This document shows, piece by piece, positions 51,272 to 61,216 of a stretch of DNA of 64,000 nt. The notes under the pieces were generated by a model. That model was given only the letters and a program-made list of their open reading frames with translations, ran no database searches and was not told where the DNA came from. The stretch comes from Somniosus microcephalus (taxonomy: Eukaryota). Each line of letters opens with the position of its first letter. Within the stretch, counting starts at the first letter, position 1. The translations under genes were made by a program, and so were the position numbers. The stretch spans positions 272,118,001-272,182,000 of the forward strand of contig CM126203.1 in the NCBI GenBank assembly GCA_052327205.1, written 5' to 3'.

Positions 51272-54200
51272 ACAATGGCCTAGAAATTTGATAAGGCCCG
51301 AAAACGGGCACGAGGATCACAGTGCCAGTTCAGAGGGCTGCAGGCTGCGGGCAAATTTCGTGCTACCTGCTAATTTACATGATTGTAGCGTTCAGCCCAT
51401 CGCTGAACGCACTGCTGAGTGGCTGAATGCTCAGCAGGGAGCTCAAGTTCATGTCAGGCTAGCACCACTTAAAGCAAGCCTGCACTTCTTAAAGGCAATC
51501 TGCACCTCTTAAAGGGGCGGCACATTCTGCCTGCAGCAGCTGCTGGAACTGGTTGTAGAGGTAAATGTGAGAAAGAAGCAGATTGCTTAATGGTTCAACA
51601 GGCCAGAGAAAGGGCTCCAAGATTCTCTGATGCAGCACTGGAGGCCTTGGTCCAGGAGGTCAACTCCAGGAGAGAGGTCCTCTGTCCAGGAGGCCCTCCA
51701 GGCAACAGACCAGACTACAGTGGAAGCGGATAACCAGTGTGATAAATGATAGCAGTATAGCCCCGAGGACCTGGACTTAGTTCAGTAAGAAGTTTAGTGA
51801 CCTCACACGAGTGGTCAAGGTCAGTGAATTCGTCTTCAAATGCTGTCTCTCACCATCTGCACCTCGAGCCTCACGCAATGCTCAGTGCACCACCCCCCTA
51901 TCACTCATCTACCAACAATCTCTACCAAACACGACTCGCACCTTACATTCATAGCTTCACCTCACCCGCACACTTGCCACTGTTGCCTCACACCCACATC
52001 TCACAGCTTCAACACAAGCTATTCGACCATGACGGGCACATCAGCTAAACACATTACACCATACTCACTGACACACTTCCCTTTCTCTTGGAGAAAAAGG
52101 TGGCTTATAACGGGTGCCAGCAGACCTTAACTGGTGGGGTACAGGCTCGCCTGCATCGCCTCACCCCCTCGGAGGAGATGGTGCTGGCCATTCTTGGCAG
52201 GGGCAATGCTGAGCCCATAGCCAGCGGCGGGGCTGAAAGAATAGAAGATGATGGTATCTTCATACTTTATCCTCCTCGCATCCCACTTCCTCCTCATCCC
52301 ACAACCTCTTCTGATTTACAATCTACACATGGTGTAAGCATGCACGTCTTATTTTCCCCCCCTCTGCTCACCACAACTCTACCCTTGTGCCTTCCTCATT
52401 TTAGACACCCAAGAAATCCAGCCTGCCCAGCCAGTGAGTCAAAATGAAGAGGGAGAGGAAAGTGAAGAAGAAGAAGAAACAGTCACTCGATTTCACACTC
52501 CCAGCCACCAGCTCAGATACTGACAGTTCGCATACCTTAGAAGATAGGTTAGATGTGGGATCTGCACAGGGTGAGACACCGGACACAAGTGGCCTGCAGC
52601 CAGGGCAGGGGGAAAAGGGTAACTCAGGTGCCAGCTCCCCGGAGGGCAAGGTTGCACACGATTTCTGCTGCAGATGACTCCAATGAAGACTTCGCTGGGG
52701 CGGCCTACACGAGAACGCTGATGGATATGCACAATGAAATGCTTGGTGCATTGGCAGGCCTGCCAGAAAGCCTGAATGCAATGTCACAGAGCATGTCCAG
52801 CTCCAGACTTTCACAGGGCTTTGGGCAGACCTTGGAGCCCATCCTTCCCAGCGTGGAAGGGCTGGGCAGATCCATTAATGCACTTGTGGACCCAACTATC
52901 ATGCAGCGTCTGATGGCCAAAGTCTCAGCTTCCATTGCAGCACAAGCAGAAGCCACCCAATGTCGGAGTGTTGCAATGGAAGCTCAGACTGAAGTCGTGC
53001 AAACTCAGCTTGCTGCCACGCAGAGCACAGACTTCTGCCATTATGGGTGGGTTTACCAGTGTTGAAAGAGGGTTGCAGGGTGTCACAGCAGTCTGTACTC
53101 CATCAGATTGCTGAGGCGCTGCCCCGGGGGAGTGGCAATGAATCCGTGGAGGCCGCCCCTACTGTCCTCTCTCACGATGACAGCATTTGTCGTCCCACCA
53201 CTGCCACTCCACCAGCGCCCTTGCTGATGCCTGTCAGCCAGCCAGTCCAGATTGCTGCCGGCCATGCTGAGGTGGTGCAGTCAAAGGCCGGGCCTACTAG
53301 GTCATCCTACAAGGGCATCTGCAGTCTCCCCCACTGAAAGTCGGCAGCCTTCCACCGGCCATGTTGCAGCCACTGGGGCAGCACTGCGTAAGAGCACTAC
53401 GATAGACAAAGGCACATGCAAGACAGTCCCTAAGGGAATGCCCAAGGGTGATTAGTTGATTTTTTGATGTAATATTGGATGAATAGATGTTGGATTGGAA
53501 TAACAACAGAAAATGCTGGAAATACTCAGCAGGCCAGGCAGCATCCGTGGAGAGAGAAACAGAGTTAACGTTTCAGGTCTGGGACCCTTCATCAGAACTG
53601 GAAAAAGCTGCAGATGTAACAGATATTAAGCAGGTGCAGAGACAGGGGGTGGGGTTTAGCAGGGGAGGAAGGAATAGAAAGAACACCCTGTACTTTTGTA
53701 AGCGGCAGGAAAGATAAAATGTTGCAAATGGGAATGGCAAAAATCATACTGCATGAAAAATGGGGGCAGGGATAATTATCTGAAATTAATGTTGAATGGG
53801 GAAAAAGGGCTGTCTGGGTTGCCTCCCTCCTTTCGCTTTCTCTTCCTCTTCCTCCTTCTCATCTTCCTCCTGCTCCTGAGCTGGTGGCAAGGGCTGTGCC
53901 CTCATGACAGCCAGGTTGTGGAGGGTGCAGCAGACCACCAGGAATCAAGTACTGTAGGGCTCCTCCAGTGCGGTCCAGGCAGCATCCCAACGGTCTGCTC
54001 TATGATGTTTTGTGTGGCAGCATGGCTCTCGTTTACACATTATGGCCACGTGTGGTTGGATGCAGAGCGGAGTCATGAGCCAGGAAGTCAAGGGATATCC
54101 CTCGTCACCCAGTAGCCACCCTCTGGTTTGTCTTGGCTCAAAGACTGAAGGAACAGCAGACTGGCGCTGAATAAAAGCATCATGACTGCTGCCAGAATAC

Positions 54201-55374
54201 TGGGCATTCACCATCATGATGTGCTGAGCATGGTCACACGCCAACTGCACATTCAGCAAGTGGAAACCTTCGCAGTTGCGGTACATCTCAGCATTTAGAT
54301 ACGGTGCCCGCAAAGCCACGTGTATGCAGTCGATGGCACCCTGCACCATGGGGAAGCCCATGATCCTGGCAAAGCCACGTGAACAGTCCGCCTGCTTCTC
54401 TTTGGTCAGAAAGAAGACAATAAAGTCCCCTCTCCTGGCATAAAGAGCATCTGTCACCTCTCTTATGCAGCAGTGGATGGTGAACTGGGAGATGTTACAG
54501 ATGTCACCTACTCCAGCCTGGATTGATCCCGACGCAAAATAATTCAGGGTCACTGTCACCTTCACAACCACTGGCAGTGCTGTCGTTGCTCTGGAGTGAG
54601 GCTGCAGGTCTGGTTGCAAGAGGTGGCAGAGTTCTGTGAGCACCTCCTTTGTAAAGCGCATACCTCTCACACACTGCTCCTGGCTCAAGTTGAGGTAAGA
54701 GAATTGCTCTCCAAAAACCCTAGGTGGATAAGGCCTCCTGCTGAGAGCCCTTCTCCCCACCTCCTCCTCTTCCCTCTGTGAGCAGCTTGTCCCCTTCTTT
54801 GCTGACTCTGCTCCATCTCCCTGTCATACTGCAGGCTAATGGGGATGACAACTAGAGCACTGATGACTGGGAACAAGTGGTCTGACCAGAACCCTTGTAG
54901 TCAGAAGCAAGGCTTTCTCCACTTGCAGCACCACTCCCTGCCACTTCAACAACTTTAAACAACTCGAGAAAGCTCCAAACACTTCCATAAACTTACACAG
55001 AGCCAGTAGAAATCAAAAAGCAAGTTACCTGAAAGTTGTTGATGATCCCTTTAAATAGCCCTGTTGGGGGTTCCTTCCTGCTGCTGAATGCATGTTCAGC
55101 TGTGCGAGGTTAACACAGGATGTTAGTTCCAGCAATGACAACGAAAATGGCAGCACTGGCATCAAATCAGCATTGCGTGCTGATTGACGTCATGATCTGC
55201 CTACCATACTCCAACACACGCTCCTACGGCGCCCGACCGCCCTCACCAAGATGGCGTCCGGCGCAGCCCGCACCAGAAGTGTGCGCATGCTGCTCGGAAA
55301 CCATTTTGGACCCAATTCGACAACCGTAGCAACCAAACAACGGGCACTATGCAACCGAATTTCTAGGCCATTGT
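51272..55374. mobile_element. Full-length degraded PIF/Harbinger transposon (Myb/SANT gene + at ~51590-53455; transposase - at ~53830-54880)
   Basis: Perfect 17-bp inverted repeat ACAATGGCCTAGAAATT at both ends (outer bases may be a palindromic target site); MVQQARERAPRFSDAALEALV; transposase [23 protein letters not shown]; stops and frameshifts; Penelope-tail insertion at about 53495-53795. Confidence 0.9.
53563..53599 (-). ncRNA. Minimal type I hammerhead ribozyme motif, second intact copy
   Basis: Minus strand AGTT-CTGATGA-AGGGTC-CCA-GACCT-GAAA-CGTT-AACT; differs from the 35897 copy only in the stem II loop. Confidence 0.72.
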
Positions 55375-55869
55375 GTGTTGCACGGTATAATGCTTCTGTC
55401 ATTATAAAGTAACATATCCTCCAACTCACTTTGAGCTTTGCCACAGGAGATCTTATAGTTTTTCATTAATCTTTAGTTTTCTGAGGAATGTAAAAGCCTG
55501 TGTGTTTTATTAAAGGGGGTGTATCACTATAATTAGGGCATGTGATTTATTATGACAAAAAATGCAGAAAATTACAGAACAATTGTAGGTGAAAGTGAAA
55601 TTCACGTAAGTAGGCATGGAGAAATCCTAATCCACAGAAATGAGTGCAATGGGTACACCCACTTTGCCCCTTCTGCCACCTCCCACACTATTTAGCCATT
55701 CTGATCTCCTGCACGGTTTATTTCTCTCCACAGTTCACTTCTGGCGCTGCTCCCTTTTAGTTCGTAGTTGTTGGTTCGTAGTTGTTACAATGCAGACACT
55801 AACTTACTTGCCCTCCTCTGCCCACAAGGTCAACTCTGGTATACCTTGGCAACATCAACAAGAAGCAGT

Positions 55870-56590
55870 AGGTCTGTTTCCACCTGTACGCTGATGACAT
55901 CCAGCTCTACCTTTCTGCTTTCTCCATCAATCCAAAGGCTGTAGTTACAAGATCCGGATGATCCAAACTATCCTGCAGCTCAATGTCTGCAAAACCAAAG
56001 CTGTCCTTTTTGGCTCTGATCCGCTGCCTTCTCAGGCTACCTCAAAATACTGAGTCTTAATGTACCATTGAACTCCAAGCTCAGCTTCCTCCCCCACATC
56101 TCTTATTACCAAGACAGCTTTCTTCTACTTAAGCAATATTTCTGTTTCTCCCCCCCAACCCCACACACACACACACACACACACACACTTACCATAGAAG
56201 CCCTCCTAGTTCATGCCTTTATCACCTTGCAGGCTCAACTTTTCAAACACTCTAAGCTGGACATCCGGCTTCAGTGCTGCAGCCCATGTCCCCAACTGTA
56301 CAAAGTCCTACACTCCCATTACCCCCATCATCTACAACCTGTGCACCAACGAGCCGACTTCAAAAATCTTCTCCTCACTTTCAGATCATCCATGCTCTTA
56401 TCCTGCCCTACCTTAGTGATCTTCTGCCTTACATCCCCGCATGCACCATCTGCTCCTCTTAACTCTGGGCTTGTCTCTCGCTGCTTCAGTCACTATGCTC
56501 CTGCCCCCTGGAACTTTCTACCCAGTTCCCTCTACCTTGCCACCTTTCTGCTTTTGAAGACCACCTGTTCAATTTTGCTTTTGGCTTCTC
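55870..56590 (+). mobile_element. Old L2-like LINE remnant
   Basis: tacgctgatgacatccagctctacctttc encodes YADDIQLYLS; heavily decayed; contains an (AC)n tract at 56162-56188. Confidence 0.6.
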
Positions 56591-56892
56591 CGCCAACCCC
56601 CCCCCTCGAATTTTCTTAAACAAAGTCCATAAGCCTGTGAAAATGTCAGATTCTGGTTAACAACCCTGCGGAGGCTCCTCCCATCTTCCCGTATCCAGAT
56701 AATTACATCTTAGTGTTACCATGTACAATTAATTTGGCATGCTAAACTTCATTGCCCAGGCATGTACATCATGGAACTAACTTCATGCTGCACAGAATAA
56801 GTGCTAATGATCACAGGATGTGGCACAGCTGTCATGTAATGATGAGTCACTTGCCCTAACCATGAGGATCCACCTTTAAAGATAAAACTGCC

Positions 56893-57138
56893 TGTTAAGT
56901 CTGTGTGTTATATTGAGAATTACTACACAGACCACAAGAGTAAAATTTAACAGGTCTTCACTGGTTGAAGGTCAGGGCGGAACTGCCCAATAAATCCTTA
57001 CACAGCACTTATATACCGGTGTGGTCACCACCGGTATTACAGTATACAGCAGCCAAGATAAAGTAGTGCAACTCTTAAAATAGTTCTCTTAAAGGTGGAA
57101 CGGTTCTCTTAAAAGGTGGAACGGTTACATACACTACA
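56893..57138 (-). repeat. 3' LTR of the chimeric element (~246 bp)
   Basis: Starts TGTAGTGTATGTA like the sister LTR; shares the block tatac.ggtgtggtcac..ccggta.tacagtatacag; ends ...TTAACA; internal 20-21 bp tandem duplication at about 57083-57123. Confidence 0.85.
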
Positions 57139-57230
57139 ATCCTCCCTTTTTAGCTTAACAGTATATATTTCCCATTAAACATAACATCATAACATATATA
57201 CACAACTTCATGTAAGAACAGTTCACAGAT

Positions 57231-57850
57231 TCAGTCTCTGAGGCGGCGCCTCCTGACTCGGTCCGGATAACGCCTCGGTGGTGTAGTAGTTTTCGGTGGT
57301 GTAGTAGGTTTTCGTTGCTGGGGTGACTCATCTAATAGTCCTTCACTGGACTTAACAGCTTGAATTTTCGTAACTTCAGAACCAGCATTGTTGACTTCTA
57401 AAGGCTCGAGTACCTTGGGAAGTTTTTCTGCGTCCAGACTGATTTGGCTCAGTTCGGAGGGACCACGTGCGTGACCTGGTAGGGGTGATAATGGTTCAGA
57501 TGAGTCATCATCTTCATCATCCTGGGACAACTCACATGAATATACTAGATTGCTGTCCTCCTCAGTATCTACGTCCTCCAAATGTTTTATTATTTCTATT
57601 TTTGGAGCTTCAACTGTGAGTGTGGCTGTGGTCTGTGCATTACTTGATTTGCAGCTATATTCACCAGAGTCTTTGGGTATGAGATTTGTAATGGTAAGTT
57701 CTATCACATTCTTCTTTTGTTTAAATTTGTTTCGGTCAGAAGATTCGATTAAGCTCTGGTCTTTGTACCATCTGACCATCTTGGGAGTAGGTGTAAACTC
57801 ACAGCTCAAAGTAGCCGAATGCTTCTCTTCCCCTGTAATGTTCTGTAGTT
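57231..57850 (-). CDS. Chimeric ORF, part 2: rest of titin-like Ig, STK10-like linker, Gypsy C-terminal tail
   Basis: In frame with part 1 once the CR1 is removed: KVVKE|LQNITGEEKHSATLSCEFTPTPKMVRWY...DSGEYSC...; stop at 57231-57233. Confidence 0.88.
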
Positions 57851-60800
57851 ACATAGATACATAGATACATAGAAGATAGGAGCAGGAGTAGGCCATTCGG
57901 CCCTTCGTGCCTGCTCCGCCATTCGATGAGATCATGGCTGATCCTTTAATTCAGTATCCCGTCCCCGCCTTCTCTCCGTAACCCTTAACCCCTTTTGCCC
58001 GTAGAAATATATCTAATTCCCTCTTAAATATATTTAATGAGCTGGCGTACACTGCCCTCTGTGGCAATGAGTTCCACAGGTTCACCACTCTCCGAGTGAA
58101 GAAATTCCCCCTCATCTCTGTCCTAAATGGTTTAGCCCTTATCCTTAAATTATGTCCTCTAGTTCTGTTCTCACCCGCCAAGGGAAACATTCCTTCTGCA
58201 TCCAGTCTGTCTAGACCTGTCAGAATTTTATACACTTCTATGAGGTCCCCTCTCAATCTTCTAAACTCCAGTGTGTACATCCCTAAACTACATAGTCTCT
58301 CCTCATAGGTCATTCCCGCCATTCCTGGTATCAGCCTGGTGAATCGCCGCTGCACCCCCTCCATGGCAAGAACATCCTTCCTCAGATGAGGCGACCAAAA
58401 CTGTACACAGTACTCGAGGTGTGGTCTCACCAGTGCCCTGTACAGCTGCAGCAAGGTATCCCTGTTCCTGTATTCTAACCCTTTTGCTATGAAGGCCAGC
58501 ATACCGTTTGCCTTCTTGACCGCCTGTTGCACCTGCATGCTCGCCTTCAGTGACTGGTGTACAAGAACACCCAGGTCTCTCTGTACTTCCCCCTCTCCCA
58601 ATCTATTGCCATTTAAATAATAATTTGCCCTCCCGTTCCTGCACCCAAGGTGGATAACTTCGCACTTGTCCACATTATAGTGCATCTGCCATTTATCCGC
58701 CCAATCGCCCAGTCTGTCCAAATCGCTCTGGAGCTTCCTGGTCTCTTCCTCTGAGCCCACCCCCCCTCCTAGTTTAGTGTCGTCTGCAAATTTGGAAATG
58801 CTGCATCCGACTCCCTGATCCAGGTCATTAATGTAAATTGTGAACAGCTGGGGGCCCAGGACAGATCCCTGTGGTACCCCACTTGTTACTGCCTGCCATT
58901 CAGAAAATGAGCCGTTTATTCCAACTCTCTGTTTTCTATCTGACAGCCAGTTCCCTATCCACGCCAAAACTTTCCCCTTTATCCCATGAGCCTCAATTTT
59001 CCATGCTAATCTTTTATGTGGGACCTTATCGAAGGCCTTTTGGAAGTCCAGGTACACCACATCTACTGGCTCTCCCCCATCTATTCTACCAGTTACTCCC
59101 TCAAAAAATTCCAATAGATTAGTCAAGCACGATTTACCCTTTGTAAATCCATGTTGACTCTGTCCTATCCTGTCCCCATTTGCTAAGTGCTCCGCTATTT
59201 CATCCTTAATGATGGACTCCAGCATTTTGCCCACAACTGATGTAAGGCTTACAGGTCTGTAATTACCTGCTTTTTCCCTACCCCCCTTTTTGAATAGTGG
59301 GGTAACGTTAGCTACCCTCCAATCCATCGGCACTGTTCCCGAGTCTAATGAATTCTGAAAAATCATCCTTAGTGCATCCGCTATCTCTAGGGCCACCTCC
59401 TTCAGTACCCTAGGATGCATGTTATCAGGCCCTGGGGATTTGTCCACCTTCAATCCCTTTAGCTTCCTTAACACCATATCCTTAGAGATATTGATTTGCG
59501 TCAGTTCCTCCTTTGCCAATGTCCCTATTTTTCCCGATATCCCAGGGAGGTTTTTTGTGTCTTCCTTCGTAAAGACTGACCCAAAGTATGCATTTAGTTG
59601 ATCTGCCATTTCCTTATTTCCCATTATATATTCCCCCGTATCTGACTGCAATGGACCAACTTTGGTTTTCACCAGTCTTTTCCTTTTGATATATTTATAA
59701 AAGCTTTTGGAGTTAGTTTTTATATTTTCCGCCAGCTTGTTTTCGTAAGCTATTTTGCCCCTCTTGATCATGCCCTTTGCCCTCCTTTGCTCTATCTTAA
59801 ACTGTTCCCAATCTTCCGCTCTGGCGCTTTTTTTGGCTATTTTATACGCCCTATCTTTGGATTTTATGCTGTCTCTAATTTCCCCTGTTATCCACGGTTG
59901 AGTCACCTTTTTAGATTTCCTTTTATGCCAGATTGGTATAAACAATTTTTGCAATTTTGTCATTCTATCTTTAAATGTTTGCCATTGTTTATCTACCTCC
60001 AGTCCTCCCAGGAACGTTGTCCAATCAGACCTACTCAGTTCCCGTCTCATGGCATCATAATTCCCCTTGTTTAAATTCAGGACCTTAGTCTCTGAGTCAA
60101 TTTCTTCGCTCTCCATTTCGAGTGAGAAATCGATCATGTTATGATCGCTCTGACCCAAGGGTCCCCGTACAACAAGATTACTGATTAGTCCCTTCTCATT
60201 GCACAGTACCCAGTCCAATATAGCCTGTTCCCGAGTTGGTTCCTCGACATATTGATCCAGATAACCATCCCTTAAACACTCAAGGAATTCCTCCTCCTCA
60301 TTATTTTTACTGATTAGGCTAGTCCAATCTATATGTAAGTTAAAGTCACCTATGATGACAGCTGTGCTCTTATTGCACGCTTCTCTAATTTCCCTCGTGA
60401 TGCCCTCCCTAACCTCTATTTTACTATTTGGAGGCCTATATACCACTCCTATTAATGTTTTTCGCCCCTCGCTATTTCTTAGCTCCACCCATATAGATTC
60501 TGTATTAACTGAGTTAATATCCTTCTTTTCAATTGCATTTATCCCCTCTTTTACTAGCAATGCTACCCCTCCTCCCTTTCTTTTTTGTCGATCCTTCCTA
60601 AATACTGAATACCCCTGTATGTTAAGCTCCCAGCCCTGCTCACCCTGCAACCATGTTTCCGTAATCCCAATTAGATCATAATTATTAACCTCTATTTCCA
60701 CAGCTAATTCATCTACCTTGTTCCTGATGCTTCTCGCATTAAGGTATAAAACCCTCAGGCTTTTTTTATGCTCACATTTTTTATGAATTAGTTTGGCCCT

Positions 60801-61216
60801 TTGTTTTTTGTTCCTCACCCTTTTACCATTTATTTCTGTCTGCCTTTCACTTTCCTCTATTTCACTACATAGGTTTCTAGCCCCCTGCCATACTAGTTTA
60901 AATGCTCCCGAACTGCTTTATCAAAAATTACCCCGAGAACATCAGTTCCATCTCTGCACAGGTGTAGACCGTCCCTTTTGTATAGGTCACACCTACCACA
61001 AAACTGGTTCCAATGCCTCAAAAATTTAAAACCCTCCCTCTTACACCACTGCTCAAGCCACGTATTTAGCCTAACTATCCTGTTCTCTGTACTCTTACTA
61101 GCACGTGGCACTGGTAGTAATCCAGAGATTACTACCTTCGAGGTCCTACTTTTTAGCTTGGCTCCTAACTCCCTAAATTCTACTTGTAGGACCTCTTCCC
61201 TTTTTTTAGCTACGTC
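57851..61216 (-). mobile_element. Young CR1 LINE, truncated within ORF1, ORF2 intact
   Basis: (TATGTATC)n tail at 57851; flanked by a 3-bp direct repeat (gtt at 57848-57850 and 61217-61219). Confidence 0.96.
57951..60818 (-). CDS. CR1 ORF2: APE endonuclease and reverse transcriptase (955 aa, uninterrupted)
   Basis: YLNARSI, GITETWL, IGDFN, SDHN; [27 protein letters not shown]; no stops. Confidence 0.95.
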   Translation of the reverse strand: MRNKKQRAKLIHKKCEHKKSLRVLYLNARSIRNKVDELAVEIEVNNYDLIGITETWLQGEQGWELNIQGYSVFRKDRQKRKGGGVALLVKEGINAIEKKDINSVNTESIWVELRNSEGRKTLIGVVYRPPNSKIEVREGITREIREACNKSTAVIIGDFNLHIDWTSLISKNNEEEEFLECLRDGYLDQYVEEPTREQAILDWVLCNEKGLISNLVVRGPLGQSDHNMIDFSLEMESEEIDSETKVLNLNKGNYDAMRRELSRSDWTTFLGGLEVDKQWQTFKDRMTKLQKLFIPIWHKRKSKKVTQPWITGEIRDSIKSKDRAYKIAKKSARAEDWEQFKIEQRRAKGMIKRGKIAYENKLAENIKTNSKSFYKYIKRKRLVKTKVGPLQSDTGEYIMGNKEMADQLNAYFGSVFTKEDTKNLPGISGKIGTLAKEELTQINISKDMVLRKLKGLKVDKSPGPDNMHPRVLKEVALEIADALRMIFQNSLDSGTVPMDWRVANVTPLFKKGGREKAGNYRPVSLTSVVGKMLESIIKDEIAEHLANGDRIGQSQHGFTKGKSCLTNLLEFFEGVTGRIDGGEPVDVVYLDFQKAFDKVPHKRLAWKIEAHGIKGKVLAWIGNWLSDRKQRVGINGSFSEWQAVTSGVPQGSVLGPQLFTIYINDLDQGVGCSISKFADDTKLGGGVGSEEETRKLQSDLDRLGDWADKWQMHYNVDKCEVIHLGCRNGRANYYLNGNRLGEGEVQRDLGVLVHQSLKASMQVQQAVKKANGMLAFIAKGLEYRNRDTLLQLYRALVRPHLEYCVQFWSPHLRKDVLAMEGVQRRFTRLIPGMAGMTYEERLCSLGMYTLEFRRLRGDLIEVYKILTGLDRLDAEGMFPLAGENRTRGHNLRIRAKPFRTEMRGNFFTRRVVNLWNSLPQRAVYASSLNIFKRELDIFLRAKGVKGYGEKAGTGY

